This document shows, piece by piece, positions 48,431 to 61,331 of a stretch of 64,000 bases of DNA. Numbering within the stretch: the stretch's first letter is position 1; each line of letters opens with the position of its first letter. Origin of the DNA: Vicugna vicugna (taxonomy: Eukaryota); contig MU062317.1 of assembly GCA_013265495.1 (NCBI GenBank), forward strand, positions 1,610,229 to 1,674,228. Reading direction: 5' to 3'. The notes beneath the pieces are model-generated. The model ran no database searches and was not told the origin of the DNA. It saw only the letters and a list, made by a program, of their open reading frames with translations. Made by a program: the position numbers and the translations under genes.

Positions 48431-51400
48431 AGAGTGTGCCCCCATCGGAGGCTGGGTGTGCACCCAGCTCAGCTCCTCCCGCCTCCCTGCATTTTAAAAC
48501 TGCGTCAAATCTTTTAAAAGAAGCCGTCCTTTCATGTGGTTTCTGATGTCATGTAATGGTTGGCAAGAGCACAACTTCAGGCCTGGTCCTGACAGTTACT
48601 TTGACAACAGGAGCCCCCACGGCCGGCCCAAGAGAGACCCTGTCCTGGGGGGCGGCAGCCGGATGGGGCGCGGCATCGGGGCAGGCAGCAGGAGTGTGGG
48701 GCCTCCAGGTCCTCACAGGACAGCCGAGGGACACTGGCTGCACAGAGCGTGGCCCCACCTGTGCACACGCAGCAAGAACACGCCCCACCCCACCTGCCCT
48801 GGTCCAGAAGCGGCCAGGTCTCTCCAGATTTAGAAGGAACAAGGACTGGCCCTCGTGGAGGGCCATGTGCGGTCACAGCGGCAGGAGGATGCAGCACCTG
48901 GCTGGGCGGACAGAGGCCACGTCCCGAGGGTCTTTGTGGTCCAGGGCTTTGGGACGAGCTACCAACGTCTGCCCACAGCGTCTCTGGACAGCGCGGTCCA
49001 CCCACAAGACCTTAAAAACACACCAACCCCCTGGAGCCCCCTGGGTGCTCCGGGTGAGTCTCGACTGCTTTGAGCGCACGGGCCTTTCCCCCACTTGTGG
49101 GCGGGCCAGCCTGAGCCGCCCGCTCCGGAGCCCAGGGTTCGGGGCTGCATTCTGGCCATTTCCCTGCCGCAGGTGCGGCGTGGGCAGGAGAGCAGGGCTG
49201 CCACGACTCTGCCCGCGCCCGCCCACTGTGTCACCCGCTGCATCACCCACTGTGGCTCTTCCTATTCTGGGTCTGAGTTATGATAGGAACGAAGTCACTG
49301 TCTCACGGAAGTGCTGTGACTCACGCTCCCAAATGAGGGGGCACCTGCCGTCTCAAGGTCGCGGACAGTTCCCACCAGGTCACACGGCCCTCTGGGTGTG
49401 TCCTCGCACCACGTGTGTCCAGGTAGCACCCCCTCTATCACCAGGGCCCCGAGCCTGTCTCCCTGATCCCTCAGTCTGTGCAGGGTCAGAGCTGGGCCCC
49501 GGCTCTGCTCCCCCAAGCTGCCCCTCACCACCTGCACGTGGCCTGAGCTCTCCCTGGCTCCTGCTCCCTGGCCCCCACGTCCACGACTACCCGCTGGACA
49601 CATGATCCCCTGCCGACCTCAGCACGCGGTTCTCCACGTCCAGACCTCCCCTTCCGCCCAGGGAGCTCCCTGCTTTGGTCAGTCCATCCACACTGCCTGG
49701 CATCGGCGACACAGTGTCCTCACCTCTGCTCTGAGGCCTGATGCCCCTGGGAGACACGGCTTCGCAGGGAATCTGCGGTAGCCTGGGTTCCCCGGAGCCT
49801 CAGTGGCATGGAGAGCCTCGGACGCCCTCCCTTCTTCAAACCCTTTCTCCTCCTTCCCCAAGCCCCCCGCCCCAGGGACATGTCCCCGCGCCCGTCCCTC
49901 TGGGAGGTTCCTGGGCTGCGGCTCTGCCCTCCCCGGCCGACCTCGCTCCCACTTTCGGCTCACTCCCAGCCCAGGCTGAGGTCTCCTGGAGCTGCAGACA
50001 AGTCTTCAGGTGCAACTTATAGCGACTGACACACTCAGCGAGAGTGGCAGTGAGTATCTAGAAGCCCTGGAGAACCCAGAAGAATTTACTTAAGCATCTA
50101 AGTGGCACACAGCCCAGGAAGCTCCACCATAAACCAGACAAACGAGGCACAGGGAAGACCACGTCCACGTGCGCGGAGGAACGCAAAACGAGACTCTGAG
50201 AACGGTTTCACTTTGGAACAGCGCGTCAACTGTAGGTATTTTAAGGGCAGTTTGTACCCCTGTGATCTGAGAGGTGCTGCGGTCAGGACAGGTCCCCAGA
50301 GGACACTCTCATGTTGGGGGGGGTGGGGAGAAAGGTTCAGCCACAGTCTCTTCCCTCCTGCAACAGCTTAAATGGGAACAGTTTCCCGTTCTGGTGGCTT
50401 TGCAGTTGACTGTGGCTCCTGTTTGGAAAGGATGGGTGGGCTGTGCAGATGTGAAGCGTGGCTTGTCCACGACATGGGTGTTTGTTTTATGGTAGCGCCC
50501 ACCGCGCACGTGTGGTGCTGTCGCCCACTGTGTGCGTGCAGCGATACAAGTGACCGTCCACACAGTGCGCAGGGAGCACGCCAACCTGGATGGGCACCAC
50601 TGGATGTGGGGAGAAGAAGAGAGATGCTTATTTTCTTCTGGCTCCTTCGAGCAGCCAACCTTCTGAGAAGCTGCGTTTTATTCCCCAGGTTTTTGGCGGC
50701 CGCTGCCCGCAGGCACGGCCTAGAGTTTCATGGGTGCCCCCATGTCTGCTGGCGCCTCAAGGACCCAGTGAGCTCCTCTGGCCCCACAGCCGGCCCTCGG
50801 GGCCGCATGCTCAGGGAGGAGCCTGGAGGGAGAGGGGCGGCCGCTGGCAGGTTTCCCAGCCCCGGAGTGAGCGAGGCAGGCGGCCATGTACCGCCCCCGG
50901 GGGTCATCATCTGAGCCCCGAGTCCCCTGCCGCTGCCCTGACGTTCCACCTGGCATGTGCCGCTGCCTCCCTGATTTCCCGACTCCGGTTCTGCACGGTG
51001 AACACTAGTGACGGCAGAGAGGGCCTCGGGGGGCAGTGCTGACCCCAGGGCCCGGACGCCAGGTGCTGGTCCGCTGGTCCAGAGACCCGGTACCAGCAAG
51101 GAGAAAGGCCCTCGTGGCCGCAGCTCCTGTTACGAACAGATCCCCAGGGCTGGGCCTTCCTGGCTGTAAACCCTCACATCTTAACTGAATCATCCCCGCC
51201 GGGAGCCCAGGAGGCGGCACCCCTGCTCCCCCTGCCCCAGACCAGAGATGGGCACAGGGAGGTCGCGTGGGTCACAACGGGAGGGACTGGAATTCGGACC
51301 CCAGCTGCTGGCTGCGAGGCTCTGCCTGTACCACCGGCAGGAGACACTGACAGGCATTGGAAAGACCGAGACCAGGACCAGCCTCTCCGGGGCACCGGGC

Positions 51401-51433
51401 TCTGCCGGCTCCCACCCTTCCAGGGCACCTGCT

Positions 51434-51657
51434 TCTGGGGTCCTCGGCCGTCTCCGAGCCACTTTCCAACTCAGTGAGTGACACGCACACGACACCGTCC
51501 CCAGACACCCAGCCCCCCCCCCCCCCCCACACCCCCTCCCCCCCCTTCACCCCCCCCCCCCCGGCCCCCCCCCCCACCATCTGGGGTCCTCGGCCGTCTC
51601 CGAGCCACTTTCCAACTCAGTGAGTGACACGCACACGACACCGTCCCCAGACACCCA
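51434..51657. repeat. Identical 78-bp direct repeats (51434-51511, 51580-51657) flanking a C-rich tract
   Basis: tctggggtcctcggccgtctccgagccactttccaactcagtgagtgacacgcacacgacaccgtccccagacaccca occurs twice without mismatch. Confidence 0.92.
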
Positions 51658-52565
51658 CCCCCCCCGACCCCCCAGCAGCTCTGCACCATCTGTCAGCCCG
51701 TCGCCGCGGCCCGACCGCCCAAGCGTGTGCGGGGTTTTGAGCTCTCCTCTGAGCCGGCCTTGACCTCTTACCAGTCCCTCGTTAACTAGCAAGTCACATA
51801 AACTCTGACACCTGCTCCCTTTATATTTGTACCAAGGATGCGACTGCACCTTAAAGAAATTATTTGAACGTGACTGCCGACGAGGTTCCAGGCACCAACC
51901 GCACACCTGGGGCGCAGAAAGGCCCCGCGCGGCCCTGTCCCAGGGAGCTCTCAGCCAGCGGGGAGACAGGTATGTACACACCGGGGTCGGAGCAGCACAG
52001 AAAAACAGTCTGGGGAGACACCCTGTCCTGACCGACCAAGCTTCGGGTGCTCCTAGAGGTCACTGACAGATTCTGTGAAAGGAAGAGGCAGAGAAACCAG
52101 ACGCAGACACGAGTTCCTCCTGGGAGGCCTCCCAACTGCGGCCGTCGAAGGTGGTAAACAAGCCGCCTAAGCGGCAGTCTGCGAAGCCGGTACAGCCGTG
52201 GCTGCGGCGCAGGGGTCGCGCGCACACGCCTACCGGATGCTTTCTTTTCAAGACCTGACTTAACGCACCTGGGAAACGTGACCGGAGGAGGTTTCCGGAG
52301 AGTAAGTGAGAAAGCGGAGGAGGAAGTGCGTTTGACACACCTCACCCCAGCACACTCACGCCCAACCAGCTCCTACAAACGTCAGCCCCCAGACAAAGCA
52401 AACCTGTCTTGGAATCCGTCTGGAACGGGTAGGGTCGGGGATACCCTCCCCTGGGCCTGTTCCATGATTCCAAGAGACGGCTCGGTGCCAAAGGGAGGCA
52501 TGGGAAGTGCACTGGGCACAGCTCGGGGCCCCTCTGACTGCCGGGCCCTCCCAGTGGGCTCTGGA

Positions 52566-52590
52566 CAGGGCAGGGCAGGGCAGGGCAGGG
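52566..52590 (+). repeat. (CAGGG)5 repeat, G-quadruplex motif
   Basis: cagggcagggcagggcagggcaggg read directly. Confidence 0.9.
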
Positions 52591-53982
52591 CCCGCTGGGC
52601 CACCCGGCAAAGACAGATAGAGGGACCCGGGCTGGAGCCTGGTTGCAGGGCCTTGTCCACAGGCCTCGGAGCAAGTGGGCAAGTAGCCAGGGGGCTCTGA
52701 GGCAGGAGGCGGACACTTCAGATCTGTGCTTCCCAAATCCGGTTTAGTTCCAACGTCCGGGAACTGATGGCCTGGGGACCCCCAGGAGGCTGTGGCTGCG
52801 TTTGCGGGGAGAAAATGGGAGGAATCCGAGACCCATTTAGGAGGCAGAGGCAGGGAGACCCAGGGAGGGGACAAGCGCAGGTTTGGGGGAAAGGCCATTG
52901 TGGGTGGGAACAGGGGACTGAAGATGAGGAGAGAGGTGAGGGGGATGTGGGGGGAGCTGCTGCCCTGATTTACAGCGAAGCACCAAGCAGATGAGCCAAC
53001 ACCGCAGAGCCCCGACTGCTGCGCAGAAAGGCCTCCTGCAAGGCTGGCTGGAGCCGGACCTCGCGGGGAAGCGGCTCCCTGCAGATGGGAACCGTCCCCG
53101 AGGGAGGAGCGAGGCTCGCGTGCTCACTGCTCGTGCATGAACAACGTGGTTGGCACCGAGCACCTGCTGCGCCCTGGGAGTCTGGAACGCCGACTCATGT
53201 TAGGCAGGGTGCCTACGGGACCCACCCCGATAAAACCCCTGCGACTCCCAACCACTTCTGGAGGGGTTCCAGGTGTCCCGCGGGACTCCACAGGGAGGGG
53301 CGCGGACAGCTCGGCTGGTTTCCTCCCGATTTTGCCACGTGCACCGTGTCCCTTTGCCAAATTCTAAATTCTACTTCACGTTCTTTCACAGCAACTATCT
53401 CAGCCTTGAGTGCAACGTGCAGAGTCCTGGGAGCCCTCTGAGAGAGTCACTGAGCCCGGAGGTGGGCCTCGAGGGCCCTGACCCAGCACAGAGTCAATAA
53501 TTTTTCAAGTAAACCAACCGAGTGAGTTCAAGTCATCTGGTCCCCCCCGCCCCAAAAAATCCAAACCATGTATACACTGAATATCCTAGACCAGTAGCCC
53601 TCAAACCTTTTAAAACAGAATTCTGGTGCATTCAAGCTTGAGTGAAGCTATTAGTATTTATTAATTTATTCCACTAATCAGTATTGTCCCCAAGCACAGA
53701 CACCCCCCCACCCCGCGCACAGGGACATCCAGCCCCAGCCCCACGCCTGCAGCAGCGGGGATGCCGCTGCTGAACACTTTGTGAGCAGAATCACAGCGCT
53801 TGGCTTCAGTTGCATGGGGTGTACTTCATCTGACACCAGCCAATGAGAACAGCAAAGCTGGTCTGATGCCCCCAAAGCCCCCAGATTTGCAAGAGGGCGA
53901 AGCCTACAGAAGCCTCACGCCAACTCAGCTTCCACAGAGTTTGGAGCAGAAACCAGCAGGACCCAGAAACGCCTTCTCTTAC

Positions 53983-54080
53983 CGGCTTGTGGTCTGGAAG
54001 CAGGAGTGCAGGCCGACCAGGAAAGGGCTGCTGGACGCCTGCTCAAACACGTGCTTCTCCGTCTGCACCCAGTCGATGTC
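53983..54080 (-). CDS. PRKCZ: PRKCZ exon 10 (98 nt, [32 protein letters not shown])
   Basis: alphaC region. Acceptor ttgcag|GAC and donor CG|GTAAGA. Confidence 0.97.
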
Positions 54081-54216
54081 CTGCAACAGAAGCCGGGGTG
54101 AGCGCCTCACAGGCATCCTGGGGAGGGGAGGCAGGAGAGGAATGCCTTTCAACTCTGCTCGAGGGAAGACAATGCAGAGAGGAGAAAATGCCCACTAAGA
54201 AACGCACCCCCGCAGC

Positions 54217-54520
54217 CATCACCATCTCCAGCACTTCGTCCATTATCACCCGCCACCTTCACCACCAGCATCATCCCCACCATCCCCATCATCACACGCA
54301 TCCCTGCCACCAACACCATCTCCAGCACTTCGTCCATTATCACCTTCACCACCTTGACCACCAGCATCATCACCACCATCCCCACCATCACACGCATCCC
54401 CGCCACCAACACCATCTCCAAGACCTCATCCATTATCACCCACCACCTTCACCAGCATCACTGTCCATCCTCTCATTATCCATCCTCTGTCACCATCTCT
54501 CCCACCATCACCAGCTCCCA
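54217..54520. repeat. (CAC/CAT)-rich low-complexity tract with a ~95-bp tandem unit (about 2.5-3 copies)
   Basis: caccatctcca recurs at 54220, 54314 and 54410, each followed by similar ccattatcacc...catcacacgcatccc blocks. Confidence 0.85.
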
Positions 54521-56399
54521 CGCCCTGCCCATGGCAGCCTCGAGAGGTCTGTATTATCATCTCCACTCAAGATAGGAGGAAACATGGGGAAAAAAGATAG
54601 GGTTTGAGAGGGAGAGAGAAAAAATAAATATGGCAAAGTATTGATGCTTGTTGAACTTGATCGAAAAAAAAAAAGGAGAAAACAAAGCGTGGCGGGTTTC
54701 CCACGGCCCCACACGCATCTCCCCAGCACCAGCTCCTAAGACAGGGCTGCCTCCCTCCCAAGCGCCGCCGAAACTCGGGGAAAAGTCAGCTTTAGAGTCG
54801 TGATGACTCCATGGCTTTGGTGCCACTCCAACCCCAGGAGGCAGAGCTGGACGAGGCTCCCAGACGTCCCAGGTTAAGCCTCATACCCTAGTGGCTGGGA
54901 AAGTGAGAGGGGATGGGCTGTGTCCCAAGCAGGCTGCCTCCCCTAAAGGACGCTGGGGAAATTGGCAGACCCTCAGCGAGCGTCCCGCTGGTGGGTGAGA
55001 GGCCGCCTGGCTCCTCCCGCGTGGGCTCAGGCCTGAGCCCTGTCTTCTCCTCCCTCTCTCCCAGGAGATGCCTCGGGTGGGACGGCGCCATCCGTCCCTG
55101 AGACGGACTCCACCACCCCCTCAGCCCCACCTGCTCTGCGGTGGCCACTTGGGGCCTCAACTTGGGCGTCTCATGTCCAAAGCAGGCCTCCAACAGAGCT
55201 CTGGACAGGCCCCTGCCATCTGCTTTCCAAAGGCACCAGGTCACCAGGTGCTCAGAAAGGAAGCCCTGGAGGGTCACCAAGACTCCTCCCTGCTTCCCCA
55301 CCCCTACCCCACGTGGAGACCAAGCCCTCAGGTCTCCCACTGTGCTCCCGATGCTGTTGGAACAAAGCACCCAGATGCGGGCCTTAAGACCTCATAGACG
55401 TGTGCTCTCTCTGCCTGAGCAGGTGTGGATAGGCCGGGTTACCTCCAGGGCCACTCGAGGCCCTGCTCCTCCCACGCCAGCACCTCCAGCTCCTCAGTGC
55501 ACCCCTCTGCCTCCCTCTTCACGGCAACTTGTCTGGGTGTCTGCTTCTTCTTTCTGTCTCAAGTCTTTCTCTGCCTTTCTCTAAAAGGACACTTGCCCTG
55601 CATGTGGCCCCCTGAGATAATCCAGGATGATCTCCCCAAGACCCCACTTCCATGTATGCTCAAGTCACAGGTTCCAGGGGTCAGGATGTGGGGGCTCCCA
55701 CCACCTGGTGTCCACGGGGCGCAGGGTCCCCCATAAACGCACAGTTGGCTCCCGCTCACCAGCTCCTAGACGCACGCCCTTTCGAGACCACCTCTAAGTC
55801 CCAGCTCTGCCTCTCGGCCTGCGGGAGACCACGTGAAGGTGCCAAGAAGGAATCAGAGCAGCAAGTCCCTTCTGAAAGTCTCTTCTCTAAGGGTTCTGCA
55901 AACCCGCCCTCACACATCCACTGACTCTCCAGTCGGGAAGGGGTTTGGAATCCCCTTGCTGGGCTGCTACCAGCAGTGAAGACACTGGCCAAGCACCTCT
56001 CAGAGCCTCAGCTTCTCCAGCTGTGAGGCGCAGACACCCAAACTCACTTGTGTGCTCAGCACCCAGGGCTGAGGGGCCAGCTGGGCAGTCTGTGCACTGC
56101 ACAAATGCACCCTGCCGGGAGGGCAAGTGAGCTCACAGGTGCAGCCCCAGCTCTGCCCTTCACATCGCGAGCCGGGGCCGGGAGGCCTCCTGCGGCTCAC
56201 GTGTCAGCAGCTCTGAAGAGTAGCAGCGTCACTGCTGCCTGGCCCAGTCATCCTTCTGCTTCTGAGAGGCGGGCCTGCAGTCAGATGTCAAAGAAAAAGC
56301 ACAAGTGCGGGAAGCGAAGAGGCCTGTGAACAGGTGCCAACAGCGCTGTCACCTCGGGACGGCCAAGCGACCGCAGCGAGGTGCCACCGGTGCACACCA

Positions 56400-56800
56400 G
56401 GACGGTGATGATCAGAAACCAGAAAACAGCACGTACGGACAGGAATGAGCAGAAACCGGGACCCCGGGCGCTGCTGGGGGGAGTGTAAAATGGCGCAGCT
56501 GCTGTTAAACAGACTCACCCTGTGACTCACAGTCCTGCTCCTAGGAAAAAACCCAGAGGACCTGGGGACACTTGTGCCCGGACGCTCACAGCAGCAGAGT
56601 CACACGAGCCAAAAGGTGGAAGCAGCCCCGTGCCGAAAAGCGGATGAACAGATAAGCCACACGGGGTGTGCCATGACATGGAGTGTTCTTGAGGCAGGAA
56701 AAACGGGCAAGGGCACATGGATGCTTGCTGCCACGTGGGTGAACCCCAAGCCGTGATGCTCAGTGCGAGGAGCAGACCGAGAGCACGGGGGTGAGTCCAG
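56400..56800 (+). mobile_element. L1M 3' fragment in PRKCZ intron 9
   Basis: gtgtaaaatggcgcagctgctgtt...ctgctcctaggaaaaaacccagag...ccaaaaggtggaagcagccc...gcggatgaacagataag...gtgatgctcagtgcgag is L1M-like. Confidence 0.65.
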
Positions 56801-56938
56801 CTACTCAGAGTCATGGGCGCAGAGTGGGTCAGCCCAGGGGCAGAGAGCAGCACGGAGGCTGCGCACTGCGCAACACAGACGGCGATGCGTCTGGTGCCGC
56901 CCCGCCCCAATGAAGGCGGTACCACACGGCGGCCTCAC

Positions 56939-57127
56939 CTCGTCGTCATGGACCAACTCCTTCTTGACCACCTTCATGGCGTACACCTGGTCGTTCTTCT
57001 TCAGCCGCACCAGCAGCACCTTGGCGTAGCTCCCGCGCCCGATGACCCGGATCAGGTCGAAGTCCTGCAGCCCGAGCCCCTGAGAGATTTTGATTCCATC
57101 CATGCCGTCAATGACCGGCTTGAGGTC
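56939..57127 (-). CDS. PRKCZ: PRKCZ exon 9 (189 nt, [63 protein letters not shown])
   Basis: Gly-rich loop GRGSYAKV and catalytic Lys in AMK. Acceptor acccag|GAC and donor GAG|GTGAGG. Confidence 0.98.
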
Positions 57128-59357
57128 CTGGGTGGCGACAGGCAAGAGGAAGTGGGCAGGGGACCCTCACGCGCCCACTCTAGGTCTCAAAGACTGCCAT
57201 CCGCACCCCACTCAGGAGTAAGGCCCCAGAACAAGTCGTGTGTGCGGTCCTGAAGGGCACACACGACGTCCGAAAGCCGCCACCAGCCGCAGGTGGCCCC
57301 TCTGCAAGCAAGCAGGGAGCCCGGGTCCAGCCCCACCAGGACGGGTGAGTTTCACAGCGGGAAAGGCGTGCCCTTCCCCGGGTGTTGTTGCTCCCTGAGG
57401 CTTTGGGGATGGTGGCTGAGAACAGCCGCTGTGACCTGCTCTTCCCCAGGGGCACAGTGTCTCACCGCAGCCCAACCGGGACCTCGTGATGTATAGCATG
57501 AAATACACATTCATTCTAGGACCCCTTTCCGGGGGCACAGCCAGCACGGGGTCTTCTGTTACGTTAACGAGGCAACTTTGGGGAAGCTGCTAGGGCACGT
57601 CCTGATGGAGCTGGCTGCCAGGGGAACGACCCCATGGTTAGACGGTTGGCCCTCCAGGGAGGGAGAGGGGCTGGGGTGAACCCGTCCCAGTGGCTGATGA
57701 TCCAGCCATCGAGCCAGTGTAAGGAAACCTCCACACGGGCCCCAAAGGACTGGCCGGAAGGTGCTCACCCGGGGGGAGCGAGGACGCTCCCAGCTGTTCC
57801 CCACACGGCGCCCGGGCTTCTCTCCCAGCTGGCCGGCCCTGAGTTACATCCTTTTACAGCAAACCAGTGGTCTGGGAAGTAAACTGTTTCTCTGAATCCT
57901 GGGAGCTGCTGTAGCCAATCAGGTGAGGCTACGGGACCCTCCAGTCTACAGGCGGTAGGCCAGAAGCCCAGGTGACAACCTGGACTTGAGACTGGGATCT
58001 AGAGAGAGTGTGCGGAGGGGCAGGCTTGTGGGGCCGAGCCCATAACCTGTGGGATCTGGCGCGACCCCCGGCAGCTCGTGTCAGAACTGGGTTAAGTTGT
58101 CGGACACCTGCTCAGTGTCGGCTGAGCACTGGAGGGTTGCTTGTGGAGCTGAAAGCACTCGGAAATAAAGGAAGGATTTCCTGCCATGAAATCTGATGCA
58201 AGTTGCTGCTCCGGAGCCAGCCCTGCACCCTCTGCTGTCCGGGTGGGGTGGGAGCAGGGAGACCACACACACAGCAGAGGATGTGCCAGGCCCCAGGCCC
58301 CAGAGAGCCTCTGGGGCAGCAGCCCCTGGGGGTTCATGAAGGAGGTGCCCCGGCCAGACCCAGCCATGGAGACAGCAGGCTGCCTCTGGAGCCAGCCTCG
58401 GGCCGGGCGCCCCCTCTCACCCCTCGACAGACTCCGCCATGCTGGACACCCCTCCCCCACAGCCAGAGGCCTGTGCCCCAAGTGAGAGGTGCATGTGAGC
58501 ACCAACGTCTCTGCCACAGGATGGGACCACCGTCACCGGGAACATACAGCGACTGGAGAAAACATGAGAATCTGGAGGCTGGATGCAAGAGGGAGAACTC
58601 AGCCCTCTCGGGGGGTGAGCACCCGGCAGCCTGCTCCGGCCCTGGGCCCACCCCACCCGGGATCAAGGGCAGAGCCAATCAAGGGCCATCCCTGCGCGTG
58701 GACCCCTGTAGTAAGGCCAGCCATGCGGGAGGACCAAGATGACGAGCGATCCCGTCCTGTCTTGTCTCAAAGCACAAGAGCACGGGGTTCCCTCTGTGGA
58801 GGTCGCCTGTGCCCCTTGTGGCCCCCGTGATGGCCTGAGCCACCTGGACTGGTGTGGAGACAACCACACGAACGGTCAGTGCTGTGGAGAGTGTCCTGCA
58901 TGCTGGGCGTGGCACCAAGCCTTTAGACAGATGCTCTCGGTTTATCCTCACAAAAGGTGCAATCATCACCAGAACCTGACAGAAGAGGATCCTCAGGTCA
59001 GAGAGGTCCCCTGACCCAGGCTGAGACCAGGGCTCACACAGACTCAGCCACGACCCCACACCCCCAATTCTGCATCGCTGTCAGGGTTGAGCACCACACC
59101 CTCGGCTCTGAGTCTCCACAGCAGGTCACGTTTGGTCATGTTCGCCTGCTCTCTGTTCATTTACCTGCTCAGAGAGCGCCTCTGTGCCAAACCGCTGACC
59201 CATCTGCCTCGGACGTCCACAGACCACACCCTCGTGTAAGACGGGCGACAGTTCCCGGACGGCGAGCTCACATTTAAATTCCCACAACTGCCCCAGAAAT
59301 GAGCTACGGGCCCACAAAGGGCTCTGGAGGCACCAACGAGCCCGTCTCTACACTCAC

Positions 59358-59410
59358 CTCAGAAGCATCTTTAATGCTGTCGTGTTTCCGGGTTGAAGAA
59401 ATATAAGCAA
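59358..59410 (-). CDS. PRKCZ: PRKCZ exon 8 (53 nt, IAYISSTRKHDSIKDASE)
   Basis: Not in the ORF track; found by hand. Acceptor ctctag|TT and donor GAG|GTGAGT. Its phases bridge exon 7 (phase 1) and exon 9 (phase 0). Confidence 0.93.
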
Positions 59411-60204
59411 CTAGAGAAGAGAGAAGGGAAAGGGTGTTGCAGGCGTCGGGAGCACGGCCCGCACCACGGGGACTCCCGGCCCTTCCCCCTCAGGCGCCGC
59501 TCGGGGCGGCCACGTCTGACTCTGAACTTCTGGGGTTGGGGACCTGCATGCATGACAAGCTCCCCTGGTGACTCTCCCAGAAGCGACAGTCACGAGACTC
59601 CGGCCTTCTAGTCTACTCTCACAGTGCACAGGGGATGGGTGGGCGGCTGGCAGGTGAGTGGTGGGTGGACAGTTGCAGGCTAAGAGTCTCCTTTGCGTGA
59701 GGTGTGGGCTGAGTGGACTATATTCTGGGGTCTCATTTTGTCCCAGGGGACGGGATTCACATTTCCGAGGGGCGGGCGAGGGCCCCCACACGCTCTTGTT
59801 AACAGTGCGTAACTGTAGCTCAGAGCTGGGCCGTCGGTCCACCTGGCATCAAAATCACCGTCGGAATGCTTCTTAGCATTAAAAAAGTCTCCCCCACCCC
59901 CCAAAAAAGACAAAACCCCCACTAAAACCCAAGAACTACACCACAGCACGCCGTGTGCGCACAGATGGCATCCAGCATGTGGGCGGGGCCGGCCGCGGTG
60001 GCCGCAGCACTAGTGTCCTCCAGAACCCCCAGAGCGGGCACAGGGGGAAAGCCCCCAGCCCAGGACCCCAGGCAGCACGCTGGGAGGTGGGTGCCCTGGA
60101 CGAGCCCGGCCCCGGCCCCCGCCCCCAGCGCGCAGCCAAGCTCCAGACCCTGGCGCTTGGAGGGAAGGGCTTCCTGGGGAGGACGGGCAGGCGGGCGGCC
60201 CTAC

Positions 60205-60283
60205 TTCCATCGGTCTCCTCGGAAGGAAGGTCCACGCCGTCGTTCTTGTCCACTGCAGGCTCCTGGGAGGGCATGACAGAATC
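60205..60283 (-). CDS. PRKCZ: PRKCZ exon 7 (79 nt, DSVMPSQEPAVDKNDGVDLPSEETDG)
   Basis: Acceptor ccgcag|GAT and donor GAA|GTAGGG. One codon shorter than the recalled human exon. Confidence 0.95.
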
Positions 60284-61331
60284 CTGCGGGGAGACGGGCG
60301 ATACAGAGTGACCAGGCGGCGTCACGGCATCTCTTCTGGAGGCACGGCGTGACTTTTCCAGGCGCCTGTGACACACACTGTAGCACACGTCGTGACAACT
60401 GCTACGTCACTGTGCTGAGCGAGGACAGAGGAACATGGACATCACCAGATCCCAACCCAGCCCGAGGCTGTGGCCTTGCCCACAGGGGCTGTATAAAATG
60501 GGTGCTTTTACATAATATTTAGCAACCCCCCCGCCCCCATCCTGCGCAGTCAGGCACAGGCCCCAGCCCAGCTCAGCTCTGGGCTCCACAGCTGACCTCA
60601 CAACGAGGCAGGTCCCTAGTGGACACCGAGCAGCAAGGACCACGTCCCTCAGACTCCGACGGCCTGCATCTTTGGGGCTGGTCCCACCTCTTAGACTAAC
60701 GTGGATCCAGAGGGTGGAAGGGTGCGTGTGCCTGTGTGGGTTCTGGCAGCCACGGTGAAAAGGACCTTTAGAAGCATGGAGCCAGGTCACCCTGCAGGCT
60801 GGGTGGGGACCCTATGCCCCGGTGGTGTCGGGGGGAGACCAGACTGGGGCCCTCTCCTTGTCCTGGAGGAGGTGACGGCACACCAGCCCCAGGGCCGCCT
60901 TCCTCACCCCACTGTGCCCAGGACCGGCTGACGGTTCAGCCCCTTCTCTCTCTCCAGGTCCAGCAGGCGTGACCGGCTGGCCAGGGCGTGGGGAGGCCTG
61001 GACGCCCCGGTCCATGATCATGGGGCACACAGCACAGAGGGCCCTGACACCAGAGCAGCATGGCTCTTGCCCCCGCAGCTCCCGAGAGCTGCCTCCTGCC
61101 CGGGGTACAGAGCTAGTTTGCCCACCTCCAGCCCAGAATGGCAGAGGGCACTGGAGGCCCCCCGAGAGCGCTGGAGGCTCACAGGGCTGGGGAAGAGGGG
61201 TCCTTCCCCTCCCCTGGTCTGGTGGGTGGCAGGGACGGTGTCAGGTCCCCACAGGACAGAGGGGGACCACGGCACCAGGCTGGTGTGGACGGCCCCGCCC
61301 CGCCCCACCCCGCCTGCCCCGCCGCACTCAC

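Noticed and set aside
51434-51657. Repeat-spacer-repeat pattern resembling a CRISPR array
   Set aside because: Only two 78-bp copies with a poly-C spacer, in a eukaryotic intron with no cas genes.
53987-54607. His-rich 206-aa ORF
   Set aside because: It is translation of a CAC/CAT low-complexity repeat antisense to PRKCZ.
60321-60353. Short inverted repeat GTCACG...CGTGAC near the exon 7 branch-point region
   Set aside because: A 6-bp stem with weak inner pairing is expected by chance at this GC content.
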